60,000 nucleotides of DNA. Source: Camelus dromedarius (taxonomy: Eukaryota). Numbering within the stretch: position 1 is the first letter of the stretch; each line of letters opens with the position of its first letter. The notes beneath the pieces are model-generated. The model worked only from the letters and a program-made list of their open reading frames with translations, was not told the origin of the DNA and did no database searches. A program made the translations under genes and the position numbers. Where the stretch lies: NCBI RefSeq assembly GCF_036321535.1, contig NC_087436.1:104534001-104594000 (forward strand), in the 5' to 3' direction. Of this stretch, positions 1 through 10,450 are shown piece by piece.

Positions 1-352
1 GGAGTTTATTATACAAGAAAAAAATTTTAAAGTTATTATCAATCCTGAGTTGCACCCTGATTTCTCTAGAAACATCATACTAGTTAAAATTTGTGCAGCA
101 TATTTTTTTTCAGAAGCCAGGGATCCTTCTATTCCATTTTTATTTCCAAGGGCAGGGTGGGGCTGTGGCTTGGCAGTGGAGGGTGTGGTTTTGGTGGGGT
201 TGGCTGGGCAGGGGAAAAGAAACACTACAACAGTTGTGAGGACAATTCACTGTCTAGGGACCGTGCATCCTCGAAAGGTTTGTGTTTAGGCATAAAGTGT
301 CTCCAACTGGTTTAGAACTGCTGGTGAATCCAAGGGAGTGCTGCTGCTGACA

Positions 353-425
353 GAGGGAGGAGCAGAGGGAGGGAGAGAGAGAGAAAAGAAGGAGGAGGAG
401 AAGGAGAGGAGAAAAGGACGGGAAA
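353..425 (+). repeat. GA-rich (polypurine) low-complexity tract
   Basis: gagggaggagcagagggagggagagagagagaaaagaaggaggaggagaaggagaggagaaaagg read directly from the sequence. Confidence 0.85.
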
Positions 426-474
426 TTGGAAATAATATTTGAATATGAACCATGAACATATAGAATAGGGAGCG

Positions 475-600
475 CCCTTAATGGCCATCTAGACCAGCAT
501 ACTGATTATTTCTAGGGAAAGCCGAAGTTCAAAGAGTTTCAGTATTTGCCAGAGGTTATTCCATTACTCAGAAGCCAGGACTAGAACTGAGGTGACTTCT
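475..600 (-). mobile_element. MIR3/MIR SINE fragment
   Basis: Degenerate match to the antisense MIR3 pattern (cctta..catctag.cca ... ttgccagaggtt ... gccaggactagaac). Confidence 0.5.
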
Positions 601-614
601 GAAGTTGGGTATTT

Positions 615-1560
615 GTTCATTCATTCTTTCATTCATTCATTCATTCATTCATTCAAGCAACGTTATTGAGAGACGTCCATGTATAGGCATCATATTAGGC
701 ACTGAGTGACAGGACACTCCTGCAGCTTACATTCTAGGGGGAGAGATGCTGTAGCATAAGCCAGCTACCCGACAAATGATACAGATGAAACCAGAGTGTT
801 GAATACTTAAGAGAAAATAAAATAGAGCGTTGGACGCAGAGTGATGGTGTGTGTGGGGAGGGAAGACGTCTCTGAGGAGTTAGAAAAGGAAGGAACCGTG
901 CAGATTGTGGAACAGAGCGTTTTAGGCAGAGGACTAGGCAAAGAACTTCCCTTTCTTCTCTTGTCTCCTTCTTCTTCCCCTTCTCCTCTCCCCTCCCCCT
1001 CCTTCCCTTTCCTTTCCTCTCCTCCTCCTTCTTCTTCTGTCTCAATGCTTTAAAAATGTTAAATATAATCCTTATAGCAAACTTGCAAGTTTCAGATTAT
1101 TATCAGTCTCTAGTTCAAAGAAGAGCTGAGGTTCAAATGTGGTAGTGCCAAGACAGAAAGTGCTAAGACCCTAACATGGGAATGCATTTGGAGTATCTGG
1201 AGACAGAAAGCCCACGGAGCTGCAGCACAGTGAACAAGGGGAACAGTGGTGTGAGTAGAGGTGAGAGACGGAAGCATGGGACAGATCAGGTAGGGCTGTA
1301 TGCATCACAGCCAAGGACTGGATTTTATTCCTCATGCAGTGGAAACCATTGGAGAGTCTTAAGCAGGTGGTGACATGATTTGATTTACAGTTAAGAAAGG
1401 TCAATCTCACATTTTGTATGGAGAGTGGATTGGAAGAGGCTAGGGTGGGAGCTAGGAAACCAGCTAGGATGCTGTGCATCTGGTGCAGGATGATGTGAAC
1501 CAAGATGGCTGCATTTGAAATGGGGAGAACAGGACAGATTCTGATGCTCAGAGAAGAAAC
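615..1560 (-). mobile_element. L2 LINE 3' portion, interrupted at about 935-1155
   Basis: (TTCA)n tail followed by caacgttattgag...; L2 body motifs ggattttattc...ggaaaccattggagagtcttaagcagg...tgacatgatttgatttaca. Confidence 0.8.
946..1043 (+). repeat. CT-rich polypyrimidine tract
   Basis: Nearly pure C/T run, cttccctttcttctc...cttcttctgtctc. Confidence 0.9.
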
Positions 1561-2209
1561 AATTAGGCATGTTTCCCAAACTTATTCTGAATATTCTTTT
1601 TACTAATATGGGAAAAGATGGAATTTATAAGTAAAGCAAAATTCCAAAAGCTTTAAACATCATCATTTTGCACCAGTCTTGCTTTAGACCATATAATTGT
1701 TTAAAATATGGTTACTATTTCTAAACTCAGAGGGATAAGAATCTCTCCTTCATTATATTCCAATTATAGAAAAAAAAATCCATCACAAGGAAGCAAGCAG
1801 GTATCAAGATTTTCATACATATAAAAATAAACTTCTGGTTTATGATCTGATAGATTTAGTTCAATTTCATGGACACCTTATTACTTATACCCATGTAGAC
1901 ATTCACATTTCAGTGATTTTAGTCTGACTGGGGATGCTGAGGCAAATCTACAAAATTTTACTGGATAAAAAGTGAATTGGCAGACTTCAGAAATATTTCC
2001 AACATGGAGGGTTGAAATACTAAACTATCTAACTAACCAGAAGTTGATAAAAATTCAATTAATTGGATTTCAATCTAAGAGCTTTTATGATTATATGTAT
2101 AATATTGGGTTACTCAGTTTAAAATATTTTCCCAAGTATGGAAAGAACTTAAACATGACATAAAGCTCATGGAACATCCTCAAAATCTACAGGTCAAATG
2201 TCCCTGTAA

Positions 2210-2400
2210 TATCAGTGGCTATCATTGAACACCAGTAATATTCCCCAGATGCTTTAAATATGTTAAATATAATCCTGATAGCAAGTTTCGTATTATTATT
2301 AATCTCTAGTTTAAAGAAGAGGCAGCTGAGGCTCAAATGTGGTAGAAACAGGTTAGGAAGCAAAACCAGCCTAGTCCCTAGGCCCAGTCTTTCTGATAGA
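2210..2400 (-). mobile_element. Diverged MIR SINE, probable donor of the copy at 1045-1145
   Basis: tgctttaaatatg..aatcctgatagcaa..tattattatt..gaagaggcagctgaggctca follows the antisense MIR layout. Confidence 0.6.
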
Positions 2401-3411
2401 GATTGGATTAGAGAAACATGTATATTCAAATTCACATTCAAGGTCAAAAGCTGATGTTCTCCAGCCAAAGGCCTGTATGGTTGTTTGTGCTGATATTTTC
2501 CCATGTTGAAGGCCCTGGCCTGGAAATTCTGCATCGAGTTACCTGCTAGGTTAGTGTTTCTGAGACTTGAGCAATCCTTTGATAGAGAATAAAATTGTAT
2601 TATTGATTTAACTTAGTCCAAAGAACGTGGCTTTAAAATGTATGAACAGAAAACTAGTTACAAACTCCTTATACTTGCAGTTTTTACACATGCAATGATA
2701 GAACCCAAGACAAATTTTAAAATTATACTAAAAGGCAACTATTCAAAACTATAGAAATTCTGTGGTCCACATCACTGCAGCTGGCTACCCTCACTGTGAG
2801 AACGGAATTGACTACTCCGTTAGATTCTTTTCATCCGGTTTCTCCCTACTGTGATGATCCTGGTCTTCCACAACTTTTCTCTATTCAAACCACTTAAAAA
2901 CCTTCATTCCTACAGTGCGTGTTACTGGGACTGCAATTGGAGCGAACTTACTAGCTTTGTGTCTATTTTTGTGTGTTACTCCTTGACTTGGCATCATGGC
3001 AATCATAAATATAATAGGGAATAAGAGTACCAATGCTGGTTGGCAATACTTGGTTAGAAGCTGGTCATCCAGATGATCCAAAGAATGCCTAAACTATATT
3101 TTAGATGATCTCCAAAATGTAAGTACAAAATTTCATTTCATAAAGAAAATGTACAGACTTAGAAAAAGTGTGTCTGTGGAAACATAGGGTTCCACAAACT
3201 CCACTTTGAGAAAACTTGTGTTTACAGTATACAGTCTCAGTTTCTGAGGCTAGGAAACTGATACCACCAGCTTTACATTTTATTTTTATTTTCAGTGCCA
3301 AAACCTGGGAACAAATCCACTGGCTTTATTTTTTATACTTCTGAATTGTTAGGTATTTTACTGTGGACATGATTTAATTTGTAACCCCCAAATTGTCACT
3401 AAACCTCATAA

Positions 3412-4153
3412 GTCATCAGGAAAATGCAAATTGGAACTTCAATGCAATACCATTATATATCCACCAGAATGTTTAAAATGTAAGAAACAATGCAGGGTTG
3501 GGGAGGGTATAGAGCAACTGGAACACCTATATATTGTTAGTAGGAACATAAATTGGTATAACCACTTTGAAAACTGTTTAATAATATCTATTAAAGCTAC
3601 AAATATAAATGTTTGTGACCAGCAGTTCCACTCCTTGACTTACAGCCTACAGAAACTTATACATGTTCATCCAAAGACATATGCCTTATAAAATGTTCAT
3701 GGCAGCACTATTCTTAATACTTCCAATCTGGAAACATCCTAAATGCCCATAAACAATAGAATGGATAAATAAATTGTGGTATATTCATGCAATGGATTAT
3801 TATACAGCAGTGAAAATAAAGAAATTTTGCTACATGCAACTCCATGGAGGAATCTCAGAAGCACAATGCTGAACAAAAGAAGCCGGATACAAAAGGTACA
3901 TACTGTGTGATTTTATTTATACAAAGTTACAAAGCAGCTAAAATAAGTCTATGTTGTTTTGTGATTACCTTTGGAGGGGGTAGAGGCTAGGAGGGGACTC
4001 AAGGGGAACTTCTGGGGAACTGTGATGTTCTGTTTCTTGTTTTCAGTGGTAGGTAGCTGGAAGTAATAATTTATTGTGCTATATGATTTGTACACCTTTA
4101 TTTATCCATGCTATAGTTTAATAACATGCTTTCTTAAAAAAAAAAAAAAAAAA
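3412..4153 (+). mobile_element. Old L1 (L1ME/L1MD-like): ORF2 end, 3'UTR and poly-A
   Basis: gtcatcaggaaaatgcaaatt...accactttgaaaactg...aatgttcatggcagcactatt...aatggataaataaattgtggtatattcat...; ends in an A-run at about 4136-4153. Confidence 0.85.
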
Positions 4154-5015
4154 GACCCTTCCAAAAGTCATCTCTTTTGGTATTAAATAATGCCATTTTT
4201 TTCTTTTTCGTTTTTTAGGTGTTCTTGTTTCTCTCTCTCCTTGTCTATTAATTCCACAACTACCAAATTTTTTTTTGATAACCAACTGTATACAGGGCAC
4301 TATGCTAGGCAAGGAATGCCACTATACCACTAGGAAGATGATACCAACAGGAAGTTATGTTTTGTGAGCTTGAAAATCTCTGTTCTAGAAGCTGCTTGTC
4401 AAGACTTTCTATTAATCTTCAAGATTCTTTCCAATCAGAGTTTTGTATTCCCTCTTTGGCTTCTGCATGAAACTGTTTTGACATAGTGGTCACCTCCCAG
4501 CTGGTGTTTTTGGCTTTTGCCCAAGAAAATCCTGCTTTCTGATCTCTGGTCTCTTGTTCTCCCCAGCTGTTCCTAATCTTTGAACTGTTAATCTGCCATC
4601 TTGGATACATCAGATTCTTCCTGGCTTCTCTCTCCCATCACTTCTTTTAAGAATTTAAGGAATGAAAAATTCCTCCAAGTCTCTATTTCTATCCCACGGA
4701 GATTCAAGCTTAGTGTGCTCTCAGGGAATTATTCACTATTATATATCCTTACGTATATGTATATATGTTATTATATTAATGTCTATATTATAGATATAAT
4801 TGTTGTTGAATCCCCAAAATGATATAGTTTACCTTCCTGTTTTGTATTAAAGTTTGTATTGGCTAGAAAAATTTTGAAAGCAAATACTCTTGACTTCAGT
4901 AATAGATAAATACTACCACTATTATTTAGCTTTATTTGGGAGGTTCAACTACGTAATAAGATAGGAAAAACAAATGAAAATTTCAAATATTGAAAAAGAA
5001 AAGGCAAAGTTATTT

Positions 5016-5085
5016 ATTTATTTTTTGAAGTATCTATTTTTTTAACTTTTTTTATTGAGTTATAGTCATTTTACAATGTTGTGTC
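5016..5085 (-). mobile_element. Very short lineage-specific L1 3' end with 16-bp TSD
   Basis: tttattgagttatagtcattttacaatgttgtgtc flanked by the exact direct repeat aaaggcaaagttattt (5000-5015 and 5086-5101). Confidence 0.85.
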
Positions 5086-5204
5086 AAAGGCAAAGTTATT
5101 TTTGTTTGTATATAATATGCTTTTATGTCTAGAAATCCTAAATGACTCAATTAAAAATATTAAAACCAATAAGATAATTGGTAGAATAACTGAGTATAAG
5201 ATAA

Positions 5205-5894
5205 TCTTTTAGTTGAAATATAGTTGATTTATAATATTGTGTTAGTTTCAGGTGTACAGCACAGTGATTCAGTTATTTTTTTAGATTATATTCCATTATA
5301 AGTTATTATAAGATATTGAATATAATTCCCTATGTTGTACAGTAAATCCTTGTTGCTTATCTATTTTATGTATAGTAGTTTCGATCAACTAATCTCATAT
5401 TCCTAATTTGTTTCTCTCTCCCCTCCCCTTTGGTAACCATAAGTTTATTTTCTATGTGTGTGAGTCTGTTTCTGTTTTGAATATAGATTCATTTGTATTA
5501 TTTTTTTTAGATTCCACATTTAAGTGATATCATAGAGTTTGTCTTTGTCTGACTTACTTCACCAAGCATAATATTCTCTAAATCCATCCATGTTGCTGCA
5601 AATGGCAATTTTTTCATGACTGAATAAAAATTGTACATATATATATACACCACATCTTCTTAAACCAATCATCTATTGATGGGCACCTGGGTTGTTTCCA
5701 GTTGTTTCCAGGTTGTTTCCACGTCTTGGCTATTATAAATAGTGCTGCTATGAACATTGGGATGCATGTGTCTTTTTGAATTAGAGTTTTTGTAGTTTCC
5801 AGATATATACTCAGGAGTGGCATTGCTGGATCATATAGTAGCTCTACTTTAAGTTTTTTTAAGGAAACTTCATACTGTTTTCCATAGTGGCTGC
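5205..5894 (-). mobile_element. 5'-truncated L1 (artiodactyl/laurasiatherian-type 3' end)
   Basis: gttgaaatatagttgatttataatattgtgttagtttcaggtgtacagc...; ORF 5614-5823 reads KDTCIPMFIAALFIIAKTWKQP..CPSIDDWFKKMW, the L1 ORF2 C-terminus. Confidence 0.92.
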
Positions 5895-6641
5895 TAAGAC
5901 AAATATTTTTTTAAAAACAATAACTTCTCTGTATATTAGAAATAATGAGTTATACATAGAAATTACAAAATAAATTCTTTAAAAATAGTGTCATGAACAA
6001 ATTTAACAAGGGAAGTCTAGAGCCTATAGGAAGAAAGCAGTAAAATTTTATTGAAGGAAATAAAGCATGCCTTGAATAAATGGAGAGACGTACCAAAATC
6101 TTGGATTAGAAAAAAATCATGATAATAAAATCCTTCTCAAGTTAATATAAAAATGTTATTGAATCCAGTCAAAATCCCACTAAGGACCCAGTAATGAAAA
6201 GAATATTAAAAAAGAGAAACTCAAAAATTGTCAAGAGAATCTTGAACAAGAATCATAAAGGACAGTTTGCTGTACCACATATTTAAAAAAGTTAAAGTGA
6301 CTGCAATAAAAATATTACAGCACATCCTATAGATAACAGGTAATACTTTTACAGCCCAATAGACCTTTCTTTTTATGAACAGGGTGCTTGTAAATGAGCC
6401 ACATCTGACCACAGTGGGCTGCGAGGCCCCTTAGTGAGATAAGATCCCACTGAGCTCTGTCCCCTGAGCAGTGCCATTTTTAACCCGCTCCATTTAGTCG
6501 ATGAGTCAGGCAAAACACTTCCAGCAGGCACCAGACTGGGCTTTAGAGACAGAACTGTGCAGAAGACCCTGTTTTAGCTCTCAGAGTTTGAAGTCCAGTA
6601 AGAGAAACTGGCGGTTACAGTACTGAAGTACAGCACCTCTA

Positions 6642-6812
6642 GGGAGGGAAGGTATAGCTCAAGTGGTAGAGCACATGCTCAGCATACATAAGGTCCTGGG
6701 TTCAATCTCCAGTACCTCCTTTAAAAATAAATAAATACGTAAACCTAATTACCTCCCCCTCAAAAAAAAAAAAAAATTGGCAGAAAAAAGAAAAAGAGTG
6801 CAAACAAAAAAA
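6642..6812 (+). mobile_element. tRNA-derived SINE, camelid vic-1 type, long-tail form
   Basis: gggaaggtatagctcaagtggtagagcacatgctcagcat...ggtcctgggttcaatctccagtacctcc with pol III A and B boxes, A-rich tail, TSD aagtacagcac at 6626-6636 and 6813-6823. Confidence 0.88.
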
Positions 6813-7038
6813 AAGTACAGCACATTTGCCTGTGGAGTTCTTGCCTCTTCCTACTTCCAGGGGTTTATCTGAACTGATAATCTGATTATGTGTTTATGAT
6901 CCCTTAGCTAATGGCAGCAGTATTTTCCCAAAGAGCCAAGCTAATGAAATTCCCAGAAAAGTTAATGTCCTTGTAGCAGGCAATCAGTATGTAAATTTTA
7001 AACAATGGATTTTCAAACTCACACTCTTAGGTATTACA

Positions 7039-7540
7039 GCAATCAGTATATCAAAATCAGTTGTTCCTATTTACAACAGCATTGAAAAGAATAAAATGCT
7101 TAGGAATAAGCTTAACAAAAGAAGTACTAGACTTGTACACTGGAAACTACAAAGCTTCATTGACGTAAATTAATAAAGAAGATCTAAATTAATGGAAAAA
7201 CATCCTATATTCATGAATTGGAAAACTTAATACAGTTCAGGTGGCAGTACTCCTCAAGCCGATCCCCAGATTCAGTGCAATTCCTATGAAAATGACAACT
7301 GACTTCACTGCAGAAATTGACAAGCTGGTCCTAAAGTCCATGTGGAAATAGAAGAGACCCAGAATAGCCAAAATAGTCTTTAAAAAGAACAACAAATTTG
7401 GAAGACTCGGCTCGCCCATTTCAAAACTTATCACAAAGCTACAATAATCACGAGACTGTGTAGTATAGGTGTGAAGATTTAGAGATCAAGAGAATAGAAT
7501 TGAGAGTCCAGAAATAAACTACACATCTATAGTCAGTTAG
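7039..7540 (+). mobile_element. L1 ORF2 internal fragment (L1M-type)
   Basis: caaaatcagttg...gacttgtacactggaaactacaaa...gaaattgacaagctggtcctaaa...cccagaatagccaaaa...gaatagaattgagagtccagaaataaac. Confidence 0.88.
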
Positions 7541-7542
7541 AA

Positions 7543-8106
7543 TGGTGTTGTCAAATGAAATACAGAATCTCCAGTTAATTTTTTTTTTTAATTTAAGTAT
7601 AGTCAGTTACAGTGTTTCAATTTCTGGTGTACAGCACAATGTCCCAGTCATGCATGTATATACATATATTTGTTTTCATATTCTTTTTCATTAAAGGGTA
7701 TTACAAGATATTGAATACAGTTCCTTGTGCTGTACAGAAGACATTTGTTTTTTATCTATTTTTATGTTAGTGGCTAACATTTGCAAATCTCAACTACCCA
7801 AATTTATCCCTTCCCACTCCCTTTTCCCCAGTACCCATAAGATTGTTTACTAAGCCTGCAAGTCTGTTTCTGTTTTGTAGATGAGTTCATTAGTATCCTC
7901 TTTCTCTTTTTTTTTTTAGATTCCACACATGCTTGATATCATATTCCCCAGTTAAACTTGAATGTCAGATAAACAACAAATAATTTTTTAGTAGGTCCCG
8001 AGCAATGGTCAGAATATACTTACACTAAAAAATTGTTCATAGTTTATCTGAAATTCAAATTTAATTAGACATCCTGTATTTTTATTTGCTAAATTTGGCA
8101 ACCGTA
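7543..8106. mobile_element. MER53 palindromic hAT MITE, split by an L1 insertion
   Basis: Left part gttgtcaaatgaaatacagaatctccagttaa; resumes at about 7948 with ccagttaaacttgaatgtcagataaacaac...gtttatctgaaattcaaatttaa...cctgtatttttatttgctaaatttggcaaccgta. Confidence 0.85.
7579..7945 (-). mobile_element. Lineage-specific L1 3' end inside MER53
   Basis: T-run, then aagtatagtcagttacagtg...ttagattccacacat; TSD ccagttaa at 7571-7578 and 7948-7955. Confidence 0.88.
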
Positions 8107-9589
8107 AACAGGGAGGCAGGACACACAAATCTTGCCCACATTGTCATCTGCCAAAGCTCTGAGAAGGGGGTGGTGGGAGTTCTAAGTATTCAGTTATTTA
8201 AATTTCTGCTAAAAGGGTTTTATTCTCTTTACAATAACATCCTTTACAAGAAAAATATTGCAAAGTGGTAAAATGCATTTTACATCTCATTTTTTAAAAA
8301 ATCTCTTGGCTTTGAGTAGAACCATGATTAAAACAGAGAATAAAAGAGAGTGTAACTGGATTTACCATAATCACTGAAATAATTAAGGAATGCTCTCCAC
8401 TTCCCCATAAACATAAAGTTCCACTCTGTCAGGTTCTTTCTCTGTGTCTCTCTGTGCCTCTCTCTCTCCTCCAGGCACTGTGACTGTTCTGGAAGTGTAT
8501 GTATCCCAGGATCCTGGGTTGGTATTTCCTTTTAGTACCTTCCCAAGTCACTCTGTGCAAGGTTTACAGTTCTTTCCTTGATTACATTGTGCCCAAAGTG
8601 TTAACCCTGTTAGCAGTCACTGCACAGATTTCCTCAATGAGACTCTTGTGCGCCTGACAATGTGACTATTTATCTGTAAAGTCACTACCATTGACATTTG
8701 TGCTGCTCAGTGTGGTGTTAGCAGTGCTTACTTTATGTCACTGTTTCTCTTCAGTAACCAAGAAAAGCAAAACAAAGTACAAATAACTGCTTATTCAGAA
8801 AGAAATCTCAGATTGTTCCTTAAACCTGCTCCAGGCAGCCCATACAGACTTTTGAGTGATCTGGAAAATATGAAAAGCCCTTGGCTGGGAGACAAAACCC
8901 AAACTGATCTGTGGTGATGGCAAAAGCAGAAATAGGAGCTCCATAATAAAAATAAATTTCTGTACGGCTGATCGTGGCTTCAGGAGGGAGAAGAAGTCCT
9001 CAGAAGCTGAAGTGTTATCTGCATAGCCGTTGCTTGGGGCACAGAGTGGGGGGAGGGAGGGGAACGGGGCTTTGCTTCAAGGCTGGTCGCTCAATCGTTG
9101 GCTGATTGATTGAAAAAGGCAAATGGGGCCGCCATCTCCCTGCCAAGGGTTTTATTCTGCCTCAGCCCTCCCTGGGTGCCTGGAGTGTGGACTCTCTGGC
9201 CCTCACCTGCTGCTTTGTTCCAACAAAGCTGGCGTCTTGCAGCCGCCACCACTCACTCCTGCAAGCCGTTGTTCCGGCTGTCCTGAGTATGTAAAACCCT
9301 GCCACCCCCATCTGCCCAGCCACCTGCCTCCTCGTCTTTAAATATCTTCCTGCAACCCCACCGCTTCTGGGAAGCTCTCCGGAATCGTTGCCACCCACTT
9401 GTCTCTAACTGCCGACACACTCCTCTCCCAGAGCCACTCTGAAATTGACCATGTCTCATTTCTGTTGATTGTATGTCACAGCAGAGGGGGAAGCACATGC
9501 ACCCTGAGGCAGCCGGGCTAGGGTTCATTAACTGAATTTGTTCCTTGCCAGCTCTGTGACCTCTGGCCACAACAGTCATGATGATACCT

Positions 9590-9800
9590 GGACAACTAGC
9601 GAGCTCTCGTGGAGTGCCAAGCCAGCGCTCAGCGTGTCTCTGGCTTCCTTTTACTGCATCCCCATGTTAAAGCTATGAGATAGGGGCAATTATTCTCCTT
9701 GTTGTACAGACCGGAAAGCTGATGGAGAAGTAAAAGGAACTTGGTCAATCAAGGTCAAACAGCTCTTTCATGGTGGAGCTGGAATTGGAACCTTAAGGGT
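9590..9800 (-). mobile_element. MIR SINE
   Basis: ctatgagataggggcaattattctcc..gtacagaccggaaagctga..aaggtcaaacagct..ggagctggaattggaacc. Confidence 0.65.
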
Positions 9801-9976
9801 CAAGCTCTTACTGGGACTCAAATACCAAGTGAAGTACCTTTATTATTTAATTTTCTCAGTAACCTAATGAAGTGAGTATTATCCACATTATACTGATGGG
9901 GCAAGTAAGGGCCAAAAAATTTTAGTGGCTCATCTGGGACAGGAAGCAAGGGGGCAGGGCATAGCCATTAAAGGAA

Positions 9977-10450
9977 TGACACAGGAAGTGAAGATCCGAC
10001 TCTCATAGAACTAGAGCTTCATTATACGCTCACTGTAATACGTTGTCATGGGAAACAGCACTCCCACAGGTGCCATGACAGCTTTAAGGCTAACTATAAA
10101 AGGTAAAAAAGTGGGTGGTGGCCCAATTCCTGGGAATCCCTGACCCTTCCCCAAAATAGTTGGAATATTCCTCCCACTTGTTAGCATATGAAGATACTGA
10201 GCCGATAAAAGCTAACAGCCCTGCACATCCTGATCGCTGTCTCTGGCCTTCCGAGATGGCCTGCCCTCTGTCTATGGAGTATGTATCTCTCTGAATAAAT
10301 CTACCCACTAATAATCCTCTACTGTGGCTCGCCCTTGAATTCTTTCCTGCCCGAAGCCAAGGACCCACACTTGGTGGTGCATGTCCCAGGGACTCACCTG
10401 AGACCTGGGACACAGCCCTCCTCTCCCACCCCATGTTCCTATGTCACATC
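9977..10450 (+). mobile_element. ERV1 LTR, MER41-like, probably solo
   Basis: Ordered MER41-family blocks: cactcccacaggtgccatgacag, aattcctgggaa, ttagcatat, ctctgtctatggagta, aataaa, ctcgcccttgaattctttcctg..gaagccaaggaccc; the 3' boundary is uncertain. Confidence 0.8.

Larger units (their letters stand above)
4990..6380 (+). mobile_element. Old L1 ORF2 fragment hosting two nested younger L1 insertions
   Basis: tctagaaatcctaaatgactcaattaaaaa...; resumes after 5895 with aatttaacaagggaagt...ttgaataaatggagagacgtacca. Confidence 0.65.

Noticed and set aside
6642..6720. tRNA gene (also 30832-30910)
   Set aside because: The tRNA-like head is followed by a SINE tail and poly-A (with a TSD at the first copy), and the stems are degenerate.
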